From an uncultured Nitrospirales bacterium (GTDB lineage: Bacteria; Nitrospirota; Thermodesulfovibrionia; UBA6902; BMS3Bbin08), in the NCBI GenBank assembly GCA_964574765.1, contig CAZNPC010000001.1, positions 28,720 through 92,719 on the forward strand: a DNA stretch of 64,000 nt. Reading direction: 5' to 3'. The position numbers and the translations under genes were made by a program. Positions 8,897 to 19,106 of the stretch are shown in pieces (position 1 is the first letter of the stretch; each line of letters starts with the position of its first letter). The notes beneath the pieces are model-generated. The model saw only the letters and a program-made list of their open reading frames with translations, did no database searches and was not told the DNA's origin.

Positions 8897-10540
8897 TTAA
8901 AATTTTCTTGTAGCCTGGACTTTCAACCTGTTTAAGGTGGTCGAAATATCCCGATTATCTTCCATACTCCAATTATATCTCACAGTCAGGAAAATCCGTC
9001 TTATTCTGTAGTTTATATCAACATTGGCTGAAATAGCTGTCGAATCTGAGGTCGGTGAAATCCTGTAAGATGCAGCCTGTGTCAGGCTAAGGTTCCTGTA
9101 CAAAACAAAATGTAAATCCTGACCAGCGCTGTATACCTCCCAGCTGGTATCCCCGCGCTCAATTGATGCCCTTGCACTCAGACCCATTTTGGCCCTCCAG
9201 CCCAGCGGCACCTCATATCTCAAACTCCCTTTACCCGTAATATGCCTTTCATCAGCAAGTGATGCTCGATTCATTACAGAATAATTTCCACTGGCTTCGG
9301 CTTGCAGTCTTTTTATGTAATTGTTTGATCCATTTATGTTCACATTATACGCGTATGTACTGTCACTATCTGATGAACTCGTATATGAAGCGCCAGCGCC
9401 TGTGTTAAGAGATGTCTTTATCCTCCGGAATGATTTGCCGAGGCTTGAAAGAACATCAGCGTTGTAATGCGAACTGTTTGTCTCTCCCTGAGAGGCTCCG
9501 TAGCCGGCTCCTGTACGCGCGGTAAATTTTATTTTTGCAGGAAGAGTAGCTGAGTAACTCAATGATCCCCTCGCCGACTCTGAAGTACTTTCTCCGTGCG
9601 AACCTCTTCTCGATGATAAAAAAATCCCTCCATTAGACAGGAGATTTCTGCTAATCCTGTATTCAGCAGACGTATTATTATTCACTGTTATATTTGATCC
9701 AGCAGTATCATTAGCATAATTAAATGTAGTACCGCTTTTGCCGTAGAATTTGGAAGACGGCTGGTAGTGAAGCACAGATGAAGCTCCCATATTCGCATTT
9801 TCACTTTCTGTGTCATAACCCGCATTTGCGCTTAATTCCAGACTCGTAACCCTTGACAATCTGTGATTTGAGTGGGCGCGTAAATTTAATGTATGGGAAC
9901 CAGTTTCACTGTCAGTCAATCTGTCAAGGGTGTTCCTATAATCATAGCTCAAGCTCGCATCTGCATTTTTCCATTTCTTGCTCAAGTCCATATGCAGTGC
10001 TCGTCTCCTATCATCCAGTTTACTCCTCCCTGTTCTTTCACGATCATCCTGTGTCACCCAGTATTTGAGGGTCGGATATTTTCTCAGTTTCACAGAGCCC
10101 CTTAGCGCAAAACCCGTTGTTGTCTGCTCCAGCATTGGCGTTCCTGTATTCAGAGTACTGAAACCGTTTTGTGTGTTTCTGTACGCGGAAATACTAAATG
10201 GCATCGCGCTTGCCCTAATAAAATCGAGAAGAATGTTGTAATCAAAAGATTCAGATTCAAAAGAAGAACCGTCAAACTCCCTGTCCTCCTGCGCATACAC
10301 GCCGGTTAACGAATATGAGAGCAAATTTCGATGTAACAAATACCTTGAGTAGTTTAGTCTGTATGTTTGTTGCAGTGACGATTGTGAACTAATCTGAGAA
10401 TTTGATTCTCTCTCACCATTCTGATAGGTTAATTGTATACTACCGCTAATATATCTTCCCATGGCGTTAGTGACAAAATACGGAAATAGCATTAACATAA
10501 CAACCATAATTCCAATATATAATGTTGAATTCTGTTTCAC
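8897..10540 (-). CDS. putative outer-membrane beta-barrel protein
   Basis: Signal peptide, Ser/Thr/Asn/Tyr-rich amphipathic alternation throughout, C-terminal ...ATRKF with terminal Phe typical of OM barrels. No enzymatic motifs. Confidence 0.5.
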   Translation of the reverse strand: MKQNSTLYIGIMVVMLMLFPYFVTNAMGRYISGSIQLTYQNGERESNSQISSQSSLQQTYRLNYSRYLLHRNLLSYSLTGVYAQEDREFDGSSFESESFDYNILLDFIRASAMPFSISAYRNTQNGFSTLNTGTPMLEQTTTGFALRGSVKLRKYPTLKYWVTQDDRERTGRSKLDDRRRALHMDLSKKWKNADASLSYDYRNTLDRLTDSETGSHTLNLRAHSNHRLSRVTSLELSANAGYDTESENANMGASSVLHYQPSSKFYGKSGTTFNYANDTAGSNITVNNNTSAEYRISRNLLSNGGIFLSSRRGSHGESTSESARGSLSYSATLPAKIKFTARTGAGYGASQGETNSSHYNADVLSSLGKSFRRIKTSLNTGAGASYTSSSDSDSTYAYNVNINGSNNYIKRLQAEASGNYSVMNRASLADERHITGKGSLRYEVPLGWRAKMGLSARASIERGDTSWEVYSAGQDLHFVLYRNLSLTQAASYRISPTSDSTAISANVDINYRIRRIFLTVRYNWSMEDNRDISTTLNRLKVQATRKF

Positions 10541-10778
10541 ATTAAGTTTTAGTTGATATTAGATAAACAATAAAAACAAGTTCGCAAATTTCTTATTAGT
10601 ATTTTAAATACAATATATTCTTTGATTTCGGGGCATTAAGCACCATAAAGACCTTCCCCCCACCCATAATATTATGAACTATTTACAAATACACAAGTTC
10701 AAATTATAGACTATTTCAGATGTTAAAAGCCACTTTGCGTTGAACTTATGAACTGCTCTTTTTTAGGCGGATAAATTA

Positions 10779-13199
10779 CTAATTTGTTGTTACTGATTGC
10801 AGTTTAAATATCTCTTTTTTTGCTTTCCTTGAAAAATAACCTTTCGGCTCGATCCTCAGATATTCCTGAAAATGGTATATGGCATTGCCCCTGTCATTCC
10901 ATTTCAAAAAAACAAGGGCAATGCCATAGTGCGCATTGGCGTAATTAGGATCAAGATCAAGCGCCTGTTTCTGATACATATGTGATCTATCAAACAGGCC
11001 CAGATCGTAATAAATATATCCTATATTATTGTACGCAGCCGGATTAAACCGGTTGACCTCGATCGATCTCTTAAGCTCTTCAAGCGCAAGATTGTGTTTT
11101 TTTGCAATGTATGCGGCAAGCCCCTTCTGAAAATGCTCCTCGCCCATATTATTTTTTTTTGCCTGTTCATACATTAACAATGCTTCATTATATTTTATCT
11201 GATCATCGTTTTCCTGATATAAAGACATAAGAATAGGATATATGGAAACAATACGATTATTCATCTTCAGCGCTTTTTCAAGATATCTAATACACGTTTT
11301 ATTATCGTTCATTTCCATATAAGCAAGCCCAATATTATGTAGAATGACAGCATCGTTTTTTAATTTAAAGGCCTTTTTGTAATATTTTATGGACTTTTCA
11401 TACTCCCCGGTCTTACTGTAAGCAAAAGCAAGCCCCTGATACGCGTTATATATGTTGCTCATGATGGGATAGTCCTCTACTTTTGACAGAGCTTCAATGG
11501 CTTCTTTATACATCCCCTTATCGTTATAGATGAATCCGAGAAACGTGTATGCCATTGACGACCCTGTTTCATTAATGTTTCTTTTCAATTCACTGATAAG
11601 ACCTTCCAGATAATTCTTATCATGCAGTCTGGACCTTACTGCAGATGCGCCGTTTGCCGGTACAACATAGCGGTATTCATCCTGTTCAATTATATGTTTA
11701 AACTCGTCACCTCTTTTAAGATACACCATTGACAGATCATCCCAGTACACAAGCGCCCAGTCTTTTGATGAAAGGCCAAAATCTATATCTATGTCAACTT
11801 CCCTGAAGAATTTCTCAAGAAGCACATAGCTTAGGAGTGCCACATTAAATCCGTACTTTTCATGGAGTTCCTCCAGAAGTTTCGGCCGAGTCCTTGCCAC
11901 ATCAAGAGATTCAAGCAGTTCCCTTGATATATTTCCCCTGCCATCCACAAAGGCTGACCTTTTTGGAAAATCCCTCCACGTTATATAACCTCCCCAGTGA
12001 AAGGCATTGAATATTCTGCCGTAAATATTTCTTTTATCAAGATACTGAAGCGCCAGTTCAGGAAGATATTCATTATTGTATCCAAAACCGAACTTCTTTC
12101 CCGGCGTCGTAAAAGGCTTGATCTCCAGGCAGGCGAGTGTCGTAATGATAATAAGAACTGTAATAAGACTTGCATTAAGAATTCGCCACGCTTTGCCGTT
12201 GATCTTTATCTGAGCCGCAATATTCCTGACTATTACGGGTGCGCCGACAATGCCAAGCAGAAACATAAATCTTAATCCTGAAAAAGCCATATAAATGAAT
12301 GGCGCCACCAAAAACACATGAATTATCGAGATCCTTTTTATGTTTACAAAAAATGAAAGAATAATGGCAGCTGTCAGGAAATAGACCATCTTAAAATCTT
12401 TCCAGAGAGGTTTTTGAAGCTCTGTGATTTCATCAGCATACCAGCTCGTCCCTGACATCATCTCCGTTGGAGCGGAAAACGAATAAGAAGTATATGGATT
12501 CAAAAGGGTAGCTACCAGTACTGCCATGAACACCAGCATAATGACCGCCAATTGCCTGTTTGTCGGTGTAAACGGAAGTTTTAATTTATATCTCCTGTTC
12601 AGTATCCGATGCAAAATGCCGCCGATTATAAAGGCGCTAAAAGGCACTATGACCAGAACTGTGCTCGGATGCATGTTGACCCATATTATCTGGGTAAGGG
12701 GCAATATATATATATACTTCTTGCCTTCATGAACAAAAGCATTAAGCGAATAAATTAAAAACGCCAGAAAGAACATCAGTGCTATATCCGGCCTTTCCAC
12801 AATTCTGTGCCTGATCATAAACACAATGAATATTAAGACCGCTATTGAAGCGATATGCTCCCTGTCCGGAATAAGCGAATCCTTCAGAAGTATATAAATA
12901 GCCCCTGTTACAATTGCGGCTTTAAGCAGTATAACGCCATACAGGCTGAATGCCGCGTAAGCCAGGTAGAAAACAACATCAAACAGCCATTCAGGGTCGG
13001 CAAAGCCCCTGTTCAGGCTTGGATAGGAAAAAGGCTCATTATCCGGGAAGCCCCTGTTGTTTACGATCTCCCTGCCAAGGCTGAGATGAGTCCCGGCGTC
13101 ATAAGATTCAATCTTTATTATGCCAAGGATAAAAACACACGCCAGAAAAACCGTAATTAAGATGCGGGTTGTCCTCTCCGTCTTCGCGTAACTGGTCAT
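10779..13199 (-). CDS. polytopic membrane protein with C-terminal TPR repeats (GT-C-like or DUF2723-like putative glycosyltransferase)
   Basis: About 13 predicted TM helices in the N-terminal 500 aa, then a TPR array (YNAYQGLAFAYSKTGEYEKSIKYYKKAFKL... ALDLDPNYANAHYGIALVF). Confidence 0.5.
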   Translation of the reverse strand: MTSYAKTERTTRILITVFLACVFILGIIKIESYDAGTHLSLGREIVNNRGFPDNEPFSYPSLNRGFADPEWLFDVVFYLAYAAFSLYGVILLKAAIVTGAIYILLKDSLIPDREHIASIAVLIFIVFMIRHRIVERPDIALMFFLAFLIYSLNAFVHEGKKYIYILPLTQIIWVNMHPSTVLVIVPFSAFIIGGILHRILNRRYKLKLPFTPTNRQLAVIMLVFMAVLVATLLNPYTSYSFSAPTEMMSGTSWYADEITELQKPLWKDFKMVYFLTAAIILSFFVNIKRISIIHVFLVAPFIYMAFSGLRFMFLLGIVGAPVIVRNIAAQIKINGKAWRILNASLITVLIIITTLACLEIKPFTTPGKKFGFGYNNEYLPELALQYLDKRNIYGRIFNAFHWGGYITWRDFPKRSAFVDGRGNISRELLESLDVARTRPKLLEELHEKYGFNVALLSYVLLEKFFREVDIDIDFGLSSKDWALVYWDDLSMVYLKRGDEFKHIIEQDEYRYVVPANGASAVRSRLHDKNYLEGLISELKRNINETGSSMAYTFLGFIYNDKGMYKEAIEALSKVEDYPIMSNIYNAYQGLAFAYSKTGEYEKSIKYYKKAFKLKNDAVILHNIGLAYMEMNDNKTCIRYLEKALKMNNRIVSIYPILMSLYQENDDQIKYNEALLMYEQAKKNNMGEEHFQKGLAAYIAKKHNLALEELKRSIEVNRFNPAAYNNIGYIYYDLGLFDRSHMYQKQALDLDPNYANAHYGIALVFLKWNDRGNAIYHFQEYLRIEPKGYFSRKAKKEIFKLQSVTTN

Positions 13200-13226
13200 A
13201 TATTTATTATAGTATGTTCCGTAACA

Positions 13227-13589
13227 TCAGTGTTTTTTATCCTTAAATTCACTTTTTAATATCGCGAGTTCCTGGGTCAGGTCTTTAACCTGAAGGCTTA
13301 ATTTTGAGATTATAATAGAAAAATGAATTGATATCGCAAGAAGAAAGAGTATTGAAAAGATAAACAGAGTGGTAGTGGGCTCTATCGCTCCGATCAGATT
13401 TGTAATAAATACAAGCGGTTTATACCACACTACCAGTATTATCATACTAAGCCCGGTTAATATCCATAACCATGCATATTCTTCTTTAAGCCTTCTCTTC
13501 CTTAAAAGCTCGATTATAATAATAAATATGATCACAGAGGTTATGACAGCAAAGATCTTTTGATGAGTGGACATGTGAATAAAAGACAT
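13227..13589 (-). CDS. small membrane protein (DUF2304-like), partner of a DPM1-like GT2
   Basis: 120 aa with 3-4 TM helices and an EEYAWLWIL motif. Immediately downstream of a dolichol-phosphate-mannose-synthase-like GT2, the usual context of DUF2304. Confidence 0.5.
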   Translation of the reverse strand: MSFIHMSTHQKIFAVITSVIIFIIIIELLRKRRLKEEYAWLWILTGLSMIILVVWYKPLVFITNLIGAIEPTTTLFIFSILFLLAISIHFSIIISKLSLQVKDLTQELAILKSEFKDKKH

Positions 13590-13672
13590 TTTCTACTCCC
13601 CTCCCCACGGAGATATATTATTACGTTTTATCAATGTGATTAGTATAGGCAGACCTGTATAATTAACCCTTT

Positions 13673-14404
13673 TTATTTTTTATGAGATAGTTCAGTAAAC
13701 CCCTCTCTCCTTATCATTGTTAGAATTATCGATAGAACCATTTTAAAGATATAATAAACAGGCTTAATACCCGAATGCATGGATATTGCTGAACCATACA
13801 TTTGTACCGGTACTTCCTTTATTCTGAACCCTGATCGCTTCAGCATTATCAGCGTATCTGCGTCAGGAAAATCCGCAGGGTATCTTTCATTGACGTAAAA
13901 ACGGAGCACATCCATGTTCAGTGCCTGATAACCTGATGTTGAATCAGTAATCGGCTGTTTCATTAAGATCGATGCAATGGAACTGAACATTCTCATGCCA
14001 AGCTTTCGCATAAAAGCGATCTTATAAACGTTCTTACCTATAAATCTTGAACCTATAATGACGTCGGCTTCGTTGCTTTTAAGTACCTTTAGAAGATCTG
14101 GAATATATGAGGCGTCATGCTGCCCGTCCCCGTCAAGTTGAACGACACAGTCATAACCATTCTTTAAGGCATATTTATAGCCTGTCTGAAGGGCGGCTCC
14201 ATAGCCGAGATTAAATGCATGGCTTATCACCAGCGCACCTTCCTTAAAAGCCTCGGTAGCACAATTATCAGTTGAACCGTCATCCACAGCTACAATCCTT
14301 GCATCCGGGGCCACCTGTTTGACATCAGCCACAACCTTCTTAATATTTAGCTCTTCGTTATACATTGGTATTATGATAAGAGTATTATCATATTTAGTCG
14401 TCAT
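13673..14404 (-). CDS. GT2 family glycosyltransferase (polyprenyl-phosphate sugar synthase, DPM1-like)
   Basis: IIIPMYNEELNI ... VDDGSTDN ... DGDGQHD GT-A motifs. 243 aa. Confidence 0.8.
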   Translation of the reverse strand: MTTKYDNTLIIIPMYNEELNIKKVVADVKQVAPDARIVAVDDGSTDNCATEAFKEGALVISHAFNLGYGAALQTGYKYALKNGYDCVVQLDGDGQHDASYIPDLLKVLKSNEADVIIGSRFIGKNVYKIAFMRKLGMRMFSSIASILMKQPITDSTSGYQALNMDVLRFYVNERYPADFPDADTLIMLKRSGFRIKEVPVQMYGSAISMHSGIKPVYYIFKMVLSIILTMIRREGFTELSHKK

Positions 14405-14502
14405 GGTTCAGATACCTTCTTTCACTCCAGATGTATTTATAAGCTCATATTTAACCACAAAGCAGTAGTGTATTTATTGTCCTCAATTATTTCAAGCTGT
14501 AT

Positions 14503-15948
14503 TTAATATTTCCTCAAAATTGATAGAGACGCCTTGAACTTGTTTAAAAAGTCAGTTAAACCATGTAATTTTTTTAGTCTTTTTAGAATATATGATGGCC
14601 TGAAATAAAACCTGAGATATGCTTTTCTTATGATCTTTTCCATGTTTTCTTTAGTAAGATGAGGGAATGATATAAGAGATTGTTTCATAGGATCTATGGG
14701 AACGTACTCATCAGCAATCATCCATTTGTTTTTCTTTGCGATTTCATGAAAGTTTGTATGGGGGAATGGTGTGCAAATTGAAAAAAGGGCGTAATCCACA
14801 TCGAGTTTTATAGTCTCTGAAATAGTGTATTCAATGGTCTCTTTTGTTTCAAGCGGACAACTGCCTATTAAAATATTAAGTTCAGGTTCAATTCCATATC
14901 TCTTAAGCATGTTGACTGCAGTATAAATCGATTCTACTTTTAGGTCCTTTCTAATATAATCAAGTATCTCCTGATTAAATGATTCAATTCCAATGTCGAT
15001 ATATTTACAGCCGGCTTCTGCCATTGCCTTTATCAATTCATTGTTTTCTAAATGATCTGCCCTTGCAAGGCAAGACCATTCCATATTGAGGTCTCGTATG
15101 CCATTACATATTTCAATAATTCGGCTGCGATTCCACACAAATTGGTCATCTAAAAAAGAAAAAGATTTAAAACCATGCTTGTGCAGCATTTTTATTTCTT
15201 CAATAATATTATCGGCCGACCTTAATCTTACCGGGGGTTTTTCCATTGCAGAACTACACCTTTTGAATTCAATCTCACGAGCAAAATCAAGAGAGTTTGG
15301 GACGCAATAATAACAATTGTAGGAACATCCCCGTGATGAGATCATAGTAGTAAAAGGCAGTGCACATAATTTAGGATTGTGATAGTTTGCCGGTTCAAGA
15401 AGTGTCCTATCCGGGAAAGGAAGTCGGTCGAGATTATCAATTAATTTCCGTCTCACAGTATCAACTTTATCGCCGTTCCTGAGACAGCTAATGCCCTCAA
15501 CATTTACAGGTTCTGCTTTTGATTTAATAACATCCACCAACTCTTTAATGCTATCTTCAGGTTCCCCTCTTATTACAAAGCTATTACTATCAATAAATTC
15601 AGAAGGGTTAACTGTGGGTTCAGTGCCCATGAAAATGAATTTCGCATCACTATTTTTCTCACTTATAATATCTCTTGCGCTAAGGTCTGTTTTTTTCGAG
15701 AGAAAAACTGTATAAAAAACGTATATGTCTGAGTCATCACTTGCTGCAAATTGATAAAATTCATTTTTTCTTACCTTTTCAATCGGTAAATCTCTTACGA
15801 TGACATCATAGCCAGCCTCTTTCAGAACTGTTGCCGGATAGAGAACAAAAATATTAGGTTGGGTGTAGATGCCGTAGTTGCAGCCAAAAATCCTTTCAGC
15901 CGCTGGCTTTCCATCAAGAGGAGGAGGTGTAAGAAAGGTTATCTTCAT
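14503..15948 (-). CDS. B12-binding-domain radical SAM protein (class B)
   Basis: Rossmann-like N-terminal domain, then CX3CX2C (GCSYNCYYC) radical-SAM cluster motif. 481 aa. Confidence 0.75.
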   Translation of the reverse strand: MKITFLTPPPLDGKPAAERIFGCNYGIYTQPNIFVLYPATVLKEAGYDVIVRDLPIEKVRKNEFYQFAASDDSDIYVFYTVFLSKKTDLSARDIISEKNSDAKFIFMGTEPTVNPSEFIDSNSFVIRGEPEDSIKELVDVIKSKAEPVNVEGISCLRNGDKVDTVRRKLIDNLDRLPFPDRTLLEPANYHNPKLCALPFTTMISSRGCSYNCYYCVPNSLDFAREIEFKRCSSAMEKPPVRLRSADNIIEEIKMLHKHGFKSFSFLDDQFVWNRSRIIEICNGIRDLNMEWSCLARADHLENNELIKAMAEAGCKYIDIGIESFNQEILDYIRKDLKVESIYTAVNMLKRYGIEPELNILIGSCPLETKETIEYTISETIKLDVDYALFSICTPFPHTNFHEIAKKNKWMIADEYVPIDPMKQSLISFPHLTKENMEKIIRKAYLRFYFRPSYILKRLKKLHGLTDFLNKFKASLSILRKY

Positions 15949-16958
15949 TACTTTATCTCGCTGTTTTTAATTGGATATATTAATTCTCTCATAAAACCCG
16001 TTGACCATGCAAAAAATATTATTGATATCACAGCAGGCACCCGCAAAGATACCTTAAAAGAACCAGTTTTAAATAGTGAGACCAAAAAATATATAAAAAG
16101 AAATAGTGCGTATATAAGGAATAAAGACGCAAACAACGGGCGAGAGAAGAAAAGTACAACAATGCCCATTGGCGGAGTTATCCCCACAAGTATATGAAAC
16201 ACATTGATCATCCTTTTGTCCCGTTTGCCTACCTGAAGCCTGCCTATGGCATACCTGTACATCTGCTTCCACAGCCTTACATGGGTCGGCCGCCTGTAAT
16301 GCCAGACAAAAACATCAGGCGTATATAAAAGGCTGTAGCCATTATCAATAATTCTTTGATTCATTTCAGTGTCGTCACAGGTGAGCAGGCCCTCGTCAAC
16401 AGGCATCACCTTTTCCAGTGCCTCCCTTTTATATATAGCGTTGCAGCCCGGTATGCTTCTTACTTTTTTTATTTCTTTTAGATTTCTTGCATGTACTGAC
16501 CCGGCCGCGAAGATCGCCTGACCGAAGACAAATCCCACTGCTTTGCCAAACAGGGTCTCATTTTCAGGGGTTAGATTTGGGCCCCCTACCCCGGCAATCG
16601 TTTCATCATCAAAATATTTAATAGAATTCTTCAACCAGTTTACGTCTGCAACGCAGTCCGCATCAGTAAACGCGATTATATCTCCTCTTGCCTGCTTAAA
16701 GGCAATATTTCTGCCGGGCGATACCGTACCTGAAGGATTTGCAACGACTCTTGCCCCAAGCTTTTCTGCTATTTTGACGGTATTATCAGTGGACTGGCCG
16801 TCAGCAACAATGATTTCATAAGAATTTCGCGGGTATTCCAGGGCATTTAAGGCATTAAGGCATTGTTCAATAAGGCGCTCCTCGTTCTTTGCGGGAATAA
16901 TAATAGAAACAAATGGGACCGGACTTTTTGTCTTGAACTCGTCAATTTGATTATCCAT
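15948..16958 (-). CDS. GT2 family glycosyltransferase with C-terminal TM helices
   Basis: VSIIIPAKNEERLIEQCL ... IIVADGQSTDNT ... FTDADC. Confidence 0.8.
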   Translation of the reverse strand: MDNQIDEFKTKSPVPFVSIIIPAKNEERLIEQCLNALNALEYPRNSYEIIVADGQSTDNTVKIAEKLGARVVANPSGTVSPGRNIAFKQARGDIIAFTDADCVADVNWLKNSIKYFDDETIAGVGGPNLTPENETLFGKAVGFVFGQAIFAAGSVHARNLKEIKKVRSIPGCNAIYKREALEKVMPVDEGLLTCDDTEMNQRIIDNGYSLLYTPDVFVWHYRRPTHVRLWKQMYRYAIGRLQVGKRDKRMINVFHILVGITPPMGIVVLFFSRPLFASLFLIYALFLFIYFLVSLFKTGSFKVSLRVPAVISIIFFAWSTGFMRELIYPIKNSEIK

Positions 16959-17005
16959 TATTAATATTTCAATTGCATTATTCGATAATTATATGGAATC
17001 ACGGT

Positions 17006-17923
17006 TTATTTGTTTTTAAAGTATTCAACAGTATTGATCAAGCCGTCCTCAAGAGACATATCGGGCTGCCAGTTTAAAACTTGACTGGCTTTTTTATGAT
17101 CAATTACGCTTCTCATCTGTTCTCCGGTCTTTTGCGGCCCGTGAACTTCATTTGCCTTACTCCCTGTTATTTTTACCAACATCTTATATATGGTATTAAC
17201 ATCAGTCTCAAGAGCTGTGCCTATATTGAAAATGCCTCCTTCGCCAGTCATGATCGCCATGCGGTTTGCCTTAACTACATCTCCAACATATACAAAATCT
17301 CTTGTTTGTCTGCCGTCTCCATTTATAACCGGCTGTTCATTGTGAAGGAGTTTCTGTATGAAAATAGCGACAACACCTGCTTCACCATAAGGGTCCTGCC
17401 TTGGTCCATATACATTGCCATATCTGAGGACCACATAATCAAGGCCGTAGTTAGACCTGTAATAGAACAAATAGTTCTCTACTGCTAATTTTGCCACTCC
17501 GTAAGGACTTATGGGTCTAAGCGGATGACTTTCATCAGCAGGGAAAATATCCTGCTCGCCGTAGATCGCGCCGCCTGTAGAAGCGAATATCATTTTTTTT
17601 GAATCGTATTTAATGCAATTCTGCAGGATGTTTATAGTACCTATAATATTGGTTCTCGCATCGAAAGCAGGGTCTGCCACAGAGCGCCGCACATCAACCT
17701 GTGCCGCGTGATGATTTACAAGATCAGGTTTGACCTCCTGAAAGATCTTTTCCAGATCAGGAGATCCGATATCAGCTTCAAAAAACCTTGCTTCCGGATT
17801 TATGTTTTCCCTGCGGCCTGAGGACAGATTATCAATAACAGCCACATCTTCACCCTGTTTAATGTACGCATCTACTATGTGAGAGGCTATGAACCCGGCG
17901 CCGCCGGTTACTAGTATTTTCAT
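17006..17923 (-). CDS. NAD-dependent nucleotide-sugar epimerase/dehydratase (GalE/WbpP-like)
   Basis: [20 protein letters not shown] Rossmann motif. YxxxK in YGVAKLAVE. Confidence 0.8.
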   Translation of the reverse strand: MKILVTGGAGFIASHIVDAYIKQGEDVAVIDNLSSGRRENINPEARFFEADIGSPDLEKIFQEVKPDLVNHHAAQVDVRRSVADPAFDARTNIIGTINILQNCIKYDSKKMIFASTGGAIYGEQDIFPADESHPLRPISPYGVAKLAVENYLFYYRSNYGLDYVVLRYGNVYGPRQDPYGEAGVVAIFIQKLLHNEQPVINGDGRQTRDFVYVGDVVKANRMAIMTGEGGIFNIGTALETDVNTIYKMLVKITGSKANEVHGPQKTGEQMRSVIDHKKASQVLNWQPDMSLEDGLINTVEYFKNK

Positions 17924-17944
17924 GACTGAATTATTTAAACACCC

Positions 17945-18162
17945 TCTTAACCACTGAAAACACTAAAACCACAGAATTTGTAAAATTATTTTTAAAAATT
18001 TTCATTTTTTGCAAAGCCTTTTCAGCGTATTCAGTGACCTCAGTGCCTGCCCGCCAGTCTGTTTGGTGGGGTTCATATTTTCATAGTTAATCGCCAATTG
18101 TCCGTAGTTAGTAATTAGTTTTTACCTCTTTCACTATTTTTTTTCAGTGTACTCTGTGTTTT
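17945..18162. repeat. MITE-like intergenic element bounded by 15-bp perfect terminal inverted repeats (aaccactgaaaacac ... gtgttttcagtggtt)
   Basis: Inverted repeats at 17945-17959 and 18148-18162. The interior shares the block ttcagtg(a/c)ctcagtgcctgccc...gccagtctgt with 59838-59895. Confidence 0.55.
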
Positions 18163-18179
18163 CAGTGGTTACTATGAGC

Positions 18180-19106
18180 TCATAGCTTTTCAAAATACTC
18201 AATCGTTTTCTTCAGCCCTTCTTCCAGTTTTACTTTTGGCTCCCACTTAAGCAGTTCCCGCGCAAGGGAGATGTCAGGCTGGCGCTGGGTTGGGTCATCT
18301 TCGGGAAGGGGTTTGTTTATTATCTTTGATTTAGAGCCGGTCATTTCAATGACCTTGTTCGCCATTTCCAGGATACTGTTCTCAACAGGATTGCCCAGGT
18401 TAACAGGGCCTGTAATATCGTCCGTGGTGTTCATGAGCCGCACCATCCCGTCTATCAGGTCATCGACATAGCAAAAGCTCCTTGTCTGGCTTCCTTCACC
18501 GAAAACTGTTATATCCTCACCTTTTAACGCCTGAACAATAAAGTTGCTGATAACCCTGCCGTCGTCAGGAAGCATCTTTGGTCCGTAAGTATTGAATATT
18601 CGTGCTACTTTTATTTTCAGTTTATGCTGGCGGTGATAGTCAAAAAAAAGGGTCTCTGCGCACCTCTTCCCCTCATCGTAACAGGACCGCGGCCCCACAG
18701 GGTTCACGTTTCCCCAGTAGCTTTCAGTCTGTGGATGAACTGTCGGATCTCCGTAGACCTCGGACGTGGACGCCTGAAATATCTTTGCCTTTATCCGTTT
18801 GGCAAGCCCGAGCATGTTAATAGAGCCGTGAACAGATGTCTTAGTTGTCTGCACAGGGTCAAATTGGTAATGTATGGGAGATGCAGGACAGGCAAGGTTA
18901 TAAATTTCATCGACCTCAACATACAGCGGAAAACATATATCATGCCTCATTACCTCAAATAAAGGGTTCGGGAAATGCTTTGCTATATTTGAACGCCGCC
19001 CCGTATAGAAATTATCAACACACAGAACATCATGGCCGTCATTGAGTAATCTCTCACACAAATGACTTCCTAAAAAACCTGCTCCGCCAGTAACTAATAT
19101 CCTCAT
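18180..19106 (-). CDS. uxs: UDP-glucuronate decarboxylase (UDP-xylose synthase)
   Basis: [41 protein letters not shown], highly characteristic of UXS/ArnA-decarboxylase type SDRs. Confidence 0.8.
   Translation of the reverse strand: MRILVTGGAGFLGSHLCERLLNDGHDVLCVDNFYTGRRSNIAKHFPNPLFEVMRHDICFPLYVEVDEIYNLACPASPIHYQFDPVQTTKTSVHGSINMLGLAKRIKAKIFQASTSEVYGDPTVHPQTESYWGNVNPVGPRSCYDEGKRCAETLFFDYHRQHKLKIKVARIFNTYGPKMLPDDGRVISNFIVQALKGEDITVFGEGSQTRSFCYVDDLIDGMVRLMNTTDDITGPVNLGNPVENSILEMANKVIEMTGSKSKIINKPLPEDDPTQRQPDISLARELLKWEPKVKLEEGLKKTIEYFEKL

Noticed and set aside
18644-18651. A8/T8-T10 homopolymer runs in coding regions (for example 18644-18651 in uxs, 19497-19505 in a GT2, 47341-47348 at codons 4-6 of degT2, 11151-11160 in the TPR protein) as phase-variation switches
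   Set aside because: Poly-A/T runs of this length are expected by composition in an AT-rich genome and occur in housekeeping-type genes too. Only the G/C7 tracts stand out against background.
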